From contig CAYZAT010000001.1 of the NCBI GenBank assembly GCA_964476475.1, positions 1-58,264 of the forward strand: a stretch of DNA of 58,264 nucleotides, given 5' to 3'. A model generated the notes under the pieces. It was not told the origin of the DNA, did no database searches, and worked only from the letters and a program-made list of their open reading frames with translations. A program made the position numbers and the translations under genes. This document shows, in pieces, positions 35,067 to 48,358 of the stretch. Every line of letters begins with the position of its first letter. Positions within the stretch are counted from its first letter, which is position 1. The DNA comes from an uncultured Pirellulales bacterium (GTDB lineage Bacteria; Planctomycetota; Phycisphaerae; Sedimentisphaerales; Anaerobacaceae).

Positions 35067-37331
35067 ATGAGAAATCTAAAGTTAGTTTTCGTAGTCGTAT
35101 TGGCATTGTGCACGATGGCTATGGCGTCAGACATAGCATTCTATGTCGGAGCGCCTAACATCGATGGCTGGTATGATGTGGATACAATGAATGCGGACGC
35201 TGAAACCATCATTGTCGAATCGGGACATCTTTTCGGCGATGTCCAGAAGTTCAACGACGATCAGTTTGATGACTTTGGTGCCTGGGTCGATGAGCGGACG
35301 GATGACGGTAAAATGGACATTATCTGGCTTAATGGATGCGTGCCCAGTGTTCTCTATCCTTTCCCAAACCTGGAACCGGATGGCTCACGTGCTGAAGCAT
35401 GGCTCGATGGTGGGAATATGTTCATCAACGTCGGCGACTGGTTTGCATACTGCTCGTATGAAGGTGGACCTCGACAGCCTGATAACGGCCCAAGTGGTGC
35501 AGCGAACGTCCTTGACCTTTCTTCGGGTATTATCGTATCCGCTGATAATACGACCATGACCGTGACACCAACAGGACAGGAATATCTCCCCAGTCTCGGT
35601 GACTCCGTCATAACGTATCGACCCGTTGTTCTCACTGCGGTTGTCGCCCCCTGGGAAGTTGCTGCGATATTCGCCTCTCCAGGCGGCTCGGATGATCCGG
35701 CCTTAGAACAACAAGCCGATCCCGTGGTTATTCATAACACGGAGACGGATGGTTACGTTGCTTTTGTCAACCAGTCTGCAGGTAGCGGCCCTCCCGGCTG
35801 GCTCGACGATCGAGGTTTGACCTGTGCCGAATTTATCAACAACTGGGTCAACAGTGAGATCGGATTAGGCAGGGGTAATCCGATTGCCCGCAGCCCGGAT
35901 CCCAAAGATGGCGCTCTCCATGAGGATACGTGGGTTACGTTGTCGTGGAAAGCGGGCGCTTTTGCCGTTTCGCACGATGTATATTTAGGTGATGATCAAG
36001 AGGTCGTCGGCAATACCACTCCGGACTCTGACGTATTCCAGGGCAACCAGGCAGCAACGTTTATCGTGGCCGGTTTCCCGGGATTCCCTTACCCGGAGGG
36101 TCTGGTGCCGGGGACGACATACTACTGGCGCATCGACGAGGTTAATGAGGCGGATCCGAACAGTCCGTGGAAGGGTGATGTCTGGAGCTTCTCCATTCCG
36201 CCCAAGACGGCGTACAATCCCGATCCTTCCGATGGATCTCAGATTGCCGACGCGAATGATCCCACGCTGAGCTGGACGTCAGGCTACGGTGCCAAATTGC
36301 ATACTGTGTATTTTGGCAACGATTATGATGAAATAAACAACGCCACCGGCGGCATGATGAGCGGTGTTGCACTCTACCGTCCCGGCCAACTCGACCATGA
36401 GAAGGTTTTCTACTGGCGGGTGGATGAGTTTGATGCGGTCGAGACGCACAAAGGCGATGTCTGGGGCTTTTCGACGCCGGGCGCCGTGGGCGCTCCGCAG
36501 CCGGCCTATGGTGCCACGGATGTGGCGATGAATGCCACGCTGACCTGGACGGCTGCCACGAACGCCGCCTCGCACCAGCTTTACCTTGGGACGGACAAAG
36601 AGGCCGTGCGTGCCGCCGGTGCCGGTTCCCCCGAAGACAAAGGCTCCATGGCTCCGGGCGCTGAGAGTTACGATCCCGGTTTGCTTGAAGCGGGCACGAC
36701 TTATTACTGGCGCGTGGACGCAGTCGATGCTCAGGGCAATACATCAAAAGGTCTCGTTTGGATCTTCACGACGGGAGCTTTCCTCGTTGTGGACGACTTC
36801 GAGAGCTATACCGATGACGATGCGGCCGGCGAAGCCATCTGGCAACACTGGATCGACGGCTTCGGCGTGGCCGACAACGGCGCGCAGGTCGGTTATCTGG
36901 TTCCCCCGTATTGCGAGCAAACAATCGTTCATGGCGGTGCTCAGTCGATGCCGCTCTTGTACGTCAACGAAGCCGGTGTAACGAATTCAGAGGGATCGTT
37001 GACGTTAACAGCGCCGCGTGACTGGACAGAAGGCGGTGTTGCTGAATTGTCACTTTGGTTCCGAGGGAGTTCGGACAATGCGCTCGATCCCTTGTACGTG
37101 TCTGTGGCCAACAGCGCCGGCGCCCCAGCAGTAGTGGCGAACGATGATGCCGAAGCAGCCGCGATCCGTAGCTGGACTCAGTGGCGCATCCCGTTACAGA
37201 CTTTGGCGGATCAAGGCATTAGCCTGGGTAACGTGGACAAGATCGCGATTGGCCTGGGCAGCAAAGGCGGTGCCGCAGTCGGTGGTTTGGGCACAATGTA
37301 TATTGATGACATCCGACTGTATCAACCTTGA
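35067..37331 (+). CDS. Exported family member D: unclassified ~270-aa head / 3x repeat / C-terminal IDDIRLY module
   Basis: AGGAGG lies 8 nt upstream of ATG 35067, whereas the track's 34938 start lies inside the conserved leader. The signal peptide is MRNLKLVFVVVLALCTMAMA. Repeats and C-terminal module match the paralogues and the protein ends MYIDDIRLYQP. Confidence 0.85.
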   Translation: MRNLKLVFVVVLALCTMAMASDIAFYVGAPNIDGWYDVDTMNADAETIIVESGHLFGDVQKFNDDQFDDFGAWVDERTDDGKMDIIWLNGCVPSVLYPFPNLEPDGSRAEAWLDGGNMFINVGDWFAYCSYEGGPRQPDNGPSGAANVLDLSSGIIVSADNTTMTVTPTGQEYLPSLGDSVITYRPVVLTAVVAPWEVAAIFASPGGSDDPALEQQADPVVIHNTETDGYVAFVNQSAGSGPPGWLDDRGLTCAEFINNWVNSEIGLGRGNPIARSPDPKDGALHEDTWVTLSWKAGAFAVSHDVYLGDDQEVVGNTTPDSDVFQGNQAATFIVAGFPGFPYPEGLVPGTTYYWRIDEVNEADPNSPWKGDVWSFSIPPKTAYNPDPSDGSQIADANDPTLSWTSGYGAKLHTVYFGNDYDEINNATGGMMSGVALYRPGQLDHEKVFYWRVDEFDAVETHKGDVWGFSTPGAVGAPQPAYGATDVAMNATLTWTAATNAASHQLYLGTDKEAVRAAGAGSPEDKGSMAPGAESYDPGLLEAGTTYYWRVDAVDAQGNTSKGLVWIFTTGAFLVVDDFESYTDDDAAGEAIWQHWIDGFGVADNGAQVGYLVPPYCEQTIVHGGAQSMPLLYVNEAGVTNSEGSLTLTAPRDWTEGGVAELSLWFRGSSDNALDPLYVSVANSAGAPAVVANDDAEAAAIRSWTQWRIPLQTLADQGISLGNVDKIAIGLGSKGGAAVGGLGTMYIDDIRLYQP

Positions 37332-37389
37332 GCAACTGCGGATAAGTTGGCATTGCGTAGATTAGAATAAGGTTGAGTTGATATCAAAT

Positions 37390-37425
37390 CGGGGCCTATG
37401 CCGGTGCATTACGGTGTAGGCCCCG
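37390..37425 (+). terminator. Stem-loop after member D (putative terminator)
   Basis: cggggccta(37390-37398)...taggccccg(37417-37425) forms a 9-bp GC-rich stem. The sequence is related to the hairpin at 44350-44377. No clear U tract follows. Confidence 0.45.
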
Positions 37426-37533
37426 GTCATTGTCGGTCAGCAAGACAGAAAAGCGCAGAGCGTCTATTTGTCTTCCGTTGCGATTTCCCCATGTTCTATC
37501 GATGGGATATACTGCGTCATCGGGGGATTTTCC

Positions 37534-37563
37534 TTGACGGGCCATTCGTCGATTTGGTATAAG
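37534..37563 (+). promoter_or_regulatory. Sigma70-type promoter TTGACG-N18-(tgg)TATAAG for the E-F-G operon
   Basis: The sequence is attttccTTGACGggccattcgtcgatttggTATAAGtaa, with an 18-nt spacer. It lies about 200 nt upstream of ATG 37771. Confidence 0.5.
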
Positions 37564-37770
37564 TAACGTGAGTGGAGCGTGTGCCTTTTGGGAAGGCATC
37601 TGATGCCTTCAAAATACGCAATGGGTGCAGTTCCAGTGGTTTGTCGAATTGAGGAGGAGGCATTATGCATTATACAAGGCACAGAATAAGAGGGGGACTC
37701 CGTTCTTTGGCATAAGAAGATTCTTACATTTCAGTTAACAACGAGTCTGTTTTTGAAAAGGAGGATTACT

Positions 37771-39765
37771 ATGTTTCAAAAATTGGTCTATTTGTTTTCT
37801 TTTATTTTCATGCTGAGCCTGGTCGGTGTTAGCGGCGGCGCTGAAGGCCTGAAAGGCGAGTATTATCATGCGAGTATCTCAGCGGAGGCCTGGCAGAATC
37901 TGGTGTTCACTCGCATTGATCCGACGGTGAACTTCGATTGGAGTACGAACTCGCCGGATCCGTCCATGAATGACAATGGTTTCATGGTGCGGTGGACGGG
38001 CACGATTGAAGTGCCGAATTCTGAGACCTACACGTTCACCCTCCGGACAGACGACGGCGCCAAGTTATGGTTGAATAATGAACTCATTGCCGACACCTGG
38101 ACCGAGGCCAAGAAATGGCAGGCCACGCGTGAGGGTGTTATCGAAGACAGCGGCAATTTTGTCTTAACAGGCGGGCAGCCATACGAGATTATTCTGGAGT
38201 ACTATGAGAGAAGTAATAATGCCGTATGTGAGCTATCCTGGTCCACTTCGACATTGGCCCGGGAAGCCATCCCGAGCCGGTATCTGTCGCCGGAGAGGCC
38301 GTACCCGCGTGATCCGGACCCGTCGGATGGCGCCATGGTTCGAGATACATGGGTGAGCCTTGGCTGGAGGCCCGGAGATTTTGCGGTCTCGCACGATGTT
38401 TACTTCGGTGAAAATTTGGATGAGGTACGTGAGGGGGGCGGTGACACGTTCTACGGCAACCAGACATCGACAGATTTTGTTGTGGGATTTCCTGGATTTC
38501 CGTATCCGGACGGTCTTGTTCCGGGCACAACCTACTACTGGCGAATCGTCGAGGTCAATGATTTGCACCCCAAAAGCCCGTGGAGTGAAGGCCCGGTCTG
38601 GAGTTTTTCGATTGCTCCTAAGACCGCCTTTAGTCCCAACCCGGCCGATGGTGCCGAATTTGTGGGTCCGGACGATGTGGAACTGAACTGGGAAGCCGGC
38701 TTGGGAGGTGTGCTGCACACGGTGTATTTCGGGGATAGTTTTGATGGTGTCAACAATGCCGCCGGGGGATTCCCACAGGGACCGAAGATCTATAAGCCCG
38801 GCTCGCTTGAACGAGAGAAGATTTACTATTGGCGCGTCGATGAGTTCGACGCCCTCGCGACATACAAAGGCGATATCTGGAGCTTTACGACCCCGGGCGC
38901 CGTTGGAAGTCCCAAACCCTCAAATAAATCCACCGATGTGGGAATGAATGCGATTCTAAGCTGGACGGCATCGGATTCTGCGGCATCGCACCACGTTTAC
39001 TTTGGCACCGAACAAGACGCGGTCCGGAATGCTGATACCGGTTCGCCTCAATACAAAGGCTCCAAGGCGTTGGGTGCTGAAATCCTTGATCCCGGACTCC
39101 TCGAGCCGGACGCCGTTTATTATTGGCGCGTGGATGACGTCGATGCCCAGGGCAATGTATCAACAGGTCCTCTCTGGAGCTTTGCGACGGGCACTTTCCT
39201 GCTCGTGGATGATTTCGAAGGCTATACCGATGACGATACAAACGGCGAGGCGATTTGGCAAACGTGGATCGACGGCTTCGGCGTTGCGGATAACGGCGCC
39301 CAGGTCGGCTATTTGGTCCCTCCGTATTGTGAGCAACAAATCGTGCATGGAGGTTTGCAGTCCGTGCCGCTCACGTATGTCAACGAGGCCGGCGTATCGA
39401 ATTCAGAGGCGACATTGACGTTAACGGCGCTGCGGGACTGGACGGTCTCAGGCGTGGGTGAATTGTCGCTCTGGACCCGGGGCGATATGACCAATGCCGC
39501 CGAGCCATGGTATGTGGCGATCTCCAATACCAACGGAGCGCCGGTGGTTTGGGCTCTTGATGATCCGCGTGCCGCACAAAACATCGCGTGGAGACAGTGG
39601 CGCATTGCTCTACAGTCTTTTGCCGATCAGGGGATTAATCTAACGAATGTGGACAAGATCGCGATTGGCCTGGGTAACAAAGGCGGCGCTGCGACCGGCG
39701 GATCAGGAACGGTGTACATTGACGACATCCGGCTGTATCGAGCGGGCGAAGCGGCAACGCCGTAA
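37771..39765 (+). CDS. Exported family member E: PA14 head / 3x repeat / C-terminal IDDIRLY module
   Basis: RBS is aaggaggattact before ATG 37771. The PA14-like region reads GLKGEYYHA...VNFDW...GFMVRWTGTIEVPNSETYTFTLRTDDGAKLWLNNELI. Three repeats and the C-terminal module follow, ending VYIDDIRLYRAGEAATP. Confidence 0.85.
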   Translation: MFQKLVYLFSFIFMLSLVGVSGGAEGLKGEYYHASISAEAWQNLVFTRIDPTVNFDWSTNSPDPSMNDNGFMVRWTGTIEVPNSETYTFTLRTDDGAKLWLNNELIADTWTEAKKWQATREGVIEDSGNFVLTGGQPYEIILEYYERSNNAVCELSWSTSTLAREAIPSRYLSPERPYPRDPDPSDGAMVRDTWVSLGWRPGDFAVSHDVYFGENLDEVREGGGDTFYGNQTSTDFVVGFPGFPYPDGLVPGTTYYWRIVEVNDLHPKSPWSEGPVWSFSIAPKTAFSPNPADGAEFVGPDDVELNWEAGLGGVLHTVYFGDSFDGVNNAAGGFPQGPKIYKPGSLEREKIYYWRVDEFDALATYKGDIWSFTTPGAVGSPKPSNKSTDVGMNAILSWTASDSAASHHVYFGTEQDAVRNADTGSPQYKGSKALGAEILDPGLLEPDAVYYWRVDDVDAQGNVSTGPLWSFATGTFLLVDDFEGYTDDDTNGEAIWQTWIDGFGVADNGAQVGYLVPPYCEQQIVHGGLQSVPLTYVNEAGVSNSEATLTLTALRDWTVSGVGELSLWTRGDMTNAAEPWYVAISNTNGAPVVWALDDPRAAQNIAWRQWRIALQSFADQGINLTNVDKIAIGLGNKGGAATGGSGTVYIDDIRLYRAGEAATP

Positions 39766-39867
39766 GTCATGCATTTGCTGAGCTTGCAGCTAACCTGACG
39801 CTTATTCGGGACCTGTGCGGGCGCATCTGCATAGGTTCCGTTTCTAATTCAAATAGGGAGAAAACAA

Positions 39868-42054
39868 ATGACGCGTATAATGCACATTTTCTTCAGTTGT
39901 CTTATCGTTAGTTTGATGTTTGCGGGGCCAGGCGAGGCTCAGATTAGTTCCGATGCCATTCTTGGGATATGGCTGCTTGACGAGGGAGTAGGGGATATAG
40001 CTGAGGATGCCTCCGGAAACGGTCATAATGGCACACTCGTGAACGCACCGGAATGGATTACCGGTCAATTGGGCACGGCTCTGTCTTTCGTGTCGGGTAG
40101 TTATGTGGATTGCGGCAATGATCCGGTCCTGAATGTCGGTGTTTTCTCGGTTTCATTTTGGTGCAATATCGCCAACTTACAAACCTGGCTCCACATGGTT
40201 TCGAGAGGTCGGCACTTTGGCAGCGGCAATCCCGGTGGTAACAACTGGGGCGTTATGATGTGCGACGGGAGAGAGACCATCCGTTTTGAAGTGTTTAATG
40301 ACACCAGTTGGACGAGGGTTGATGCCGATACCACTCTCGGTGAATGGCACCACGTCGTTGCCACATTTGACGTGAGTGACGGTAAGCAGCAGCTTTACCA
40401 TGACGGCGAATTGGCTGCAGACGGAACGGGAGGGATTATGCTTCAAGAGGATAAGCCGTTGTTTATCGGCGCTCAATCTCGCGATACGGGACCCGGAGCG
40501 TCCTTCGAAGGGAGTATTGATGAGGTCGGCTATTTTAACGCTGTACTGACGCCTGACGATATTGAAACGATCATGGATGCGGGTCTGTCGGCCATCACCG
40601 GCGGCCTTCCCACGGCCCGGAGCCCGCAACCGGCGGATGGTGCGATACACCCGGACACGTGGGTGACTCTTTCCTGGAAGGCGGGGGATTTTGCTGTTTC
40701 GCACGATGTGTATTTAGGCGATAATTTCAACGATGTGGAACAAGCCACACGGGATTCGGATCTATTCCGCAGCAACCAGGTGACGGACTTTTATATCGCC
40801 GGGTTCCCGGGTTTCGCCTATCCGGACGGCCTTGTGCCGGGAACAATGTATTACTGGCGGATCGATGAAGTGAATGACGCCGATCCGGACAGTCCGTGGA
40901 AAGGCGATGTCTGGAGTTTCCTGGTTCCGCCCAAGACGGCGTACAATCCGAATCCGGCTGACGGTGCCCAGATTGCGGGTACGACGGTGACTTTGATCTG
41001 GACACCGGGCTTCGGTGCGAAAATGCACACGGTTTATTTCGGCGATGATTATAACGAGGTCGAAAATGCCGTTGTGGGCGTCCCGACCGGAAGCGTAACG
41101 CACAATCCCGGTCAGCTTGAAGAAGAGAAGGTCTATTATTGGCGGATCGATGAATTCGACGGTTTCGAGACGTATAAAGGGGGTGTCTGGACCTTTACGA
41201 CACCGGGAGCGGTTGGAAATCCGCTACCGGCCAATGGGGCGACCGATGTGGGAATGGCGCCGATCTTAAGCTGGACGGCGGCAAATACCGCCGCTTCGCA
41301 CGAAGTGTATTTCGGGCGGGACAAAGACGCCGTACGTAACGCGGATACCGGCTCACCCGAGTACAAAGGCCCCAAGACGCTCGGCGATGAAAGTTTCGAT
41401 ACCGGATTGCTTGAACTGGGGGCGACGTACTATTGGCGTGTGGACGAAGTGTATAATGGAAATCCGGTCAGAGGCCCTGTCTGGAGCTTTACGGTAGGTG
41501 ATTTCCTTCTGGTCGAAGATTTCGAGAGCTATACCGACAATGATGCGGATGGTGAAGCGATCTGGCAAACGTGGATCGACGGCTTCGGCGTCGCCAATAA
41601 CGGCGCGCAGGTCGGCTACCTGCTTCCACCATACGCAGAACAAACGATCGTTCATAGCGGCGATCAGTCCATGCCGTTGATCTATTTGAACGAGGCCGCT
41701 GTCGCCAACTCAGAAGCGGCGAGGACGTTGACGGTGCGGGACTGGACCGTGGCGGGTGTTGAGGAATTATCGCTTTGGACCCGGGGGGATTCGGCCAATG
41801 CCGCCGAACCGTTGTATGTGGCGATCTCCAACTCGGCCGGCTCGCCGGGGATCGTGGCCCACGAGGATTTAACTGTGGCGACGAATGCGGCTTGGAGACA
41901 GTGGCGGATTTCACTGCAAACCTTTGCCGATCAGGGCATCAACCTGGGGAACGTCGATAAGATCGCCATCGGTTTAGGTAATCAATCCGGTATGACATCA
42001 GCCGGTGGTACGGGTACGATGTATATCGATGATATCCGGTTGTATCGACCTTAA
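39868..42054 (+). CDS. Exported family member F: LamG (type 2) head / 3x repeat / C-terminal IDDIRLY module
   Basis: After a signal peptide the LamG_3-like head reads LGIWLLDEGVGDIAEDASGNGHNGTL...GSIDEVGYFNAVLTPDDIETIM. The protein ends MYIDDIRLYRP. Only ~100 nt separate it from E with no promoter motif, so it is probably co-transcribed. Confidence 0.9.
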   Translation: MTRIMHIFFSCLIVSLMFAGPGEAQISSDAILGIWLLDEGVGDIAEDASGNGHNGTLVNAPEWITGQLGTALSFVSGSYVDCGNDPVLNVGVFSVSFWCNIANLQTWLHMVSRGRHFGSGNPGGNNWGVMMCDGRETIRFEVFNDTSWTRVDADTTLGEWHHVVATFDVSDGKQQLYHDGELAADGTGGIMLQEDKPLFIGAQSRDTGPGASFEGSIDEVGYFNAVLTPDDIETIMDAGLSAITGGLPTARSPQPADGAIHPDTWVTLSWKAGDFAVSHDVYLGDNFNDVEQATRDSDLFRSNQVTDFYIAGFPGFAYPDGLVPGTMYYWRIDEVNDADPDSPWKGDVWSFLVPPKTAYNPNPADGAQIAGTTVTLIWTPGFGAKMHTVYFGDDYNEVENAVVGVPTGSVTHNPGQLEEEKVYYWRIDEFDGFETYKGGVWTFTTPGAVGNPLPANGATDVGMAPILSWTAANTAASHEVYFGRDKDAVRNADTGSPEYKGPKTLGDESFDTGLLELGATYYWRVDEVYNGNPVRGPVWSFTVGDFLLVEDFESYTDNDADGEAIWQTWIDGFGVANNGAQVGYLLPPYAEQTIVHSGDQSMPLIYLNEAAVANSEAARTLTVRDWTVAGVEELSLWTRGDSANAAEPLYVAISNSAGSPGIVAHEDLTVATNAAWRQWRISLQTFADQGINLGNVDKIAIGLGNQSGMTSAGGTGTMYIDDIRLYRP

Positions 42055-42129
42055 TAAGCTACGAATAAGGAAAGACCGACAGTTTAAAATCGGGGTCTAT
42101 GAACTTCCAGTTTGAAAAAGGAGAAGAAA

Positions 42130-44319
42130 ATGACTCGTACAATCCTATTTTTCATCAGTTGTCTTATCGTTAGTTTGATGTTTGCAGGGCCAAGTCAGGC
42201 TCAGATTAGTGCCGATGCCATTGTTGGGATATGGCTTCTTGACGAGGGAGTGGGGGATGTGACGGAAGATGCCTCCGGCAATGGCCATGATGGCACCCTC
42301 ATGGACGGACCGAAGTGGATTGCCGGGCATTTCGGCAATGCCCTGGATTTCTCCGGGTCATCGAGCTACGTAGATTGCGGGAATGCCAAAGCCCTGAATG
42401 TCGAGATTTTCTCCATCTCCTTTTGGTGCTATATCCCAGGCACTCAAAGTTGGAACCATATGATTTCACGGGGTGAGCATCATGGCGGCGGCAATCCTGG
42501 CGCCGTCAATTGGGGCGTGATGATGTACGCCGACCAGGAGACCATCCTTTATGAAGCGTACAATGACACCGTTAAGCCGAGTGTCAGCGCCAGTACGACG
42601 ACCGGAGAATGGCATCATGTCGTGGCCACCCATAGCGGAACTGAGATGGAACTCTACCATGACGGCCAATCCGCCGGAACCTCATCGACAACGGGGATCA
42701 TGCTTGATGAAAATTTGCCGTTGTTTATTGGCGCTCAATCTCGCGCGAGCGGTCCATCGGACTACTTTGAGGGCAGCATTGACGATGTGGGCTATTTTAA
42801 TATCGTTCTTGCACCTGACAATATTGAAGAGATCATGAACAACGGCCTTGCGGCAATCGCGGGCGGCATTGCCGTGGCCACGAGACCCCAACCGGTTGAC
42901 GGCGCCCTGCACGCAGATACGTGGATAACCCTTTCCTGGAAAGCGGGGGATTGTGCCGTTTCTCACGACGTGTATTTAGGGGATGATTTCGAGGTTGTCG
43001 AACAGGCCACACCGGATTCGGATGTGTTCCGCGGCAATCAGGTGACAGACTTTTATGTCGCCGGCTTTCCCGGTTTCGCCTATCCGGAAGGTCTTGTGCC
43101 GGGGATGACTTATTACTGGCGCATCGACGAAATCAACGATCTGAATCCGGAAAGCCCGTGGAAAGGCGACGTCTGGAGCTTTTCGATTCCGCCCAAGACG
43201 GCGTATAACCCGATACCGGCCGATGGGGACGGGCTGGCCAGTACGACGGTCACTCTGAACTGGACGCCGGGCTATGGCGCGAAATTGCATACGGTCTTCT
43301 TGGGCGATGATTTTGGCGAAGTGAGTAATGCCACGGTGGGCGTCCCGACCGGATCGCCGTCCTATACGCCCACCTCGCTGGAGCCGGAGAAGGTCTATTA
43401 CTGGCGGGTGGATCAATTCGACGGTCTCCAAACGTATAAAGGTGACGTCTGGGTCTTTACGACGCCGGGTGCGGTCGGCAATCCACAACCGGCCAATGGG
43501 GCGATCGATGTGGGGATGACACCGATCTTAAGCTGGACGCCGGCGGATAACGCTGCCTCACACCAGGTGTACTTCGGATTGGGCAAGGAGACGGTGCGCA
43601 GCGCCGAGGCCGGTTCACCCGAGTACAAGGGATCCAAAGCGTTGGGGGATGAAACCTACGATCCCGGGTTGCTTGAACTGGGCACGACGTACAATTGGCG
43701 TATAGACGAGGTATATAGTGGAAATCCCGTCAAAGGCCCCGTCTGGAACTTCACGGTCGGTGATTATCTGATGATTGAGGATTTCGAGAGCTATACTGAT
43801 AACGATGCCGATGGCCAGGCTATCTGGCAAACATGGATCGACGGCTTCGGCGTTGCCAATAATGGCGCGCAGGTCGGCTACTTACTCCCACCGTACGCCG
43901 AACAGACGATTGTTCATGGCGGCGATCAGTCCATGCCATTAATTTATACCAACGAGGCCGGCGTAGCCAACTCGGAAGGGGCGATGATGTTAACGACCCT
44001 TCGGGACTGGACCGTGGCGGGTGTTGAGGAATTATCGCTCTGGACCCGGGGCGATGCGGCCAGTGCCGCCGAACCGTTGTATGTGGCGATCTCCAACTCG
44101 GCCGGCGCGCCCGGGATCGTGGCTCACGAGGATCTGACTGCCGCGACAAACACAGCCTGGAGACGGTGGCGGATTCCATTGCAGGCTTTTGCCGATCAGG
44201 GCATCAACCTGGGGAACGTCGATAAGATCGCCATTGGCCTGGGTAATCAATCCGGTATGACGTCGGCCGGCGGGACAGGCACGATGTATATTGATGATAT
44301 CCGGTTGTATCGGCCTTAA
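42130..44319 (+). CDS. Exported family member G: LamG (type 2) head / 3x repeat / C-terminal IDDIRLY module
   Basis: This is a close paralogue of F; the last ~300 nt are nearly identical by eye. RBS is aaaggagaagaaa before ATG 42130. Confidence 0.9.
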   Translation: MTRTILFFISCLIVSLMFAGPSQAQISADAIVGIWLLDEGVGDVTEDASGNGHDGTLMDGPKWIAGHFGNALDFSGSSSYVDCGNAKALNVEIFSISFWCYIPGTQSWNHMISRGEHHGGGNPGAVNWGVMMYADQETILYEAYNDTVKPSVSASTTTGEWHHVVATHSGTEMELYHDGQSAGTSSTTGIMLDENLPLFIGAQSRASGPSDYFEGSIDDVGYFNIVLAPDNIEEIMNNGLAAIAGGIAVATRPQPVDGALHADTWITLSWKAGDCAVSHDVYLGDDFEVVEQATPDSDVFRGNQVTDFYVAGFPGFAYPEGLVPGMTYYWRIDEINDLNPESPWKGDVWSFSIPPKTAYNPIPADGDGLASTTVTLNWTPGYGAKLHTVFLGDDFGEVSNATVGVPTGSPSYTPTSLEPEKVYYWRVDQFDGLQTYKGDVWVFTTPGAVGNPQPANGAIDVGMTPILSWTPADNAASHQVYFGLGKETVRSAEAGSPEYKGSKALGDETYDPGLLELGTTYNWRIDEVYSGNPVKGPVWNFTVGDYLMIEDFESYTDNDADGQAIWQTWIDGFGVANNGAQVGYLLPPYAEQTIVHGGDQSMPLIYTNEAGVANSEGAMMLTTLRDWTVAGVEELSLWTRGDAASAAEPLYVAISNSAGAPGIVAHEDLTAATNTAWRRWRIPLQAFADQGINLGNVDKIAIGLGNQSGMTSAGGTGTMYIDDIRLYRP

Positions 44320-44349
44320 ACGAGTAAGGAAGGATCAATCGTTGAAAAT

Positions 44350-44377
44350 CGGGGCCTATGCTGGTGCATAGGCCCCG
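44350..44377. terminator. Perfect 12-bp stem / 4-nt loop hairpin between convergent genes (bidirectional terminator candidate)
   Basis: The hairpin is cggggcctatgc-tggt-gcataggccccg. It lies between the stop of member G (44319) and the stop of the GH2 gene (44403). Confidence 0.6.
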
Positions 44378-44402
44378 TTGCTATTTGGCCCGATTGACAA
44401 GG

Positions 44403-47726
<3,324 letters not shown>

Positions 47727-47879
47727 TTGAAAGTAGTGTATATTGAGTCGGACGTCCTGGCAAGAATTTTCAACGATCCCCATAGAGGTCTTTGCCGGTT
47801 TGGCTTTGGCGCAAACATTTCTTAGATTTTAAAGGGAGCCTCATTCTCAGGTTATCTATATACGCCTGAGGGACCAACG

Positions 47880-48311
47880 ATGACATTTAAAACAGTAACA
47901 TCATTTTTGATCGTATCCGTCTGTGCTTTGCTTTTAACGGCATCGTGTTCGGAAGAGGTCGTGTACCGGCGGCCGATTCCGGGACGCGGGCACGGCCCGC
48001 CGACTCATGCGCCCGCGCACGGCCATCGTCATAAATACGTGGAAGGCGTGAAACTCATTTTCGATGCCGGATTGGGGCTTTATGTTGTTGTCGGTTGTAC
48101 GGATTATTACTACTGCGACGGCTATTTTTACCGCTTTCATGCCGGCCTCTGGGAAATGAGTCTGTACCCCGATCGACATTGGGGACCTTTGGGGCATAAA
48201 TCGCTCCCGCCCGGACTTCACGCCAGAGGCCGTGGAAAGGTCAAAGTCCAATCCACAGGTAAGGGCGGCAACAGAGGCCACGGAAACGGTAAATCCAAGA
48301 AAGCGTCCTGA
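47880..48311 (+). CDS. Small lipoprotein, His/Gly/Lys-rich, function unknown
   Basis: A lipobox is present (LLLTASC). The core is Tyr-rich (DYYYCDGYFYRFHAGLWEM) and the tail is basic G/K-rich. RBS is gagggaccaacg before the ATG. Confidence 0.6.
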   Translation: MTFKTVTSFLIVSVCALLLTASCSEEVVYRRPIPGRGHGPPTHAPAHGHRHKYVEGVKLIFDAGLGLYVVVGCTDYYYCDGYFYRFHAGLWEMSLYPDRHWGPLGHKSLPPGLHARGRGKVKVQSTGKGGNRGHGNGKSKKAS

Positions 48312-48358
48312 GTCAAAAATCAGAGGACAAAAGGCCAATAAAGGATGGCGGACGTCAG

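Noticed and set aside
35067-44319. Diversity-generating retroelement or other targeted hypervariation acting on the paralogous family.
   Set aside because: There is no reverse transcriptase, no template/variable repeat pair with adenine-specific differences, and no recombinase in the window. Differences between paralogues are spread over whole domains.
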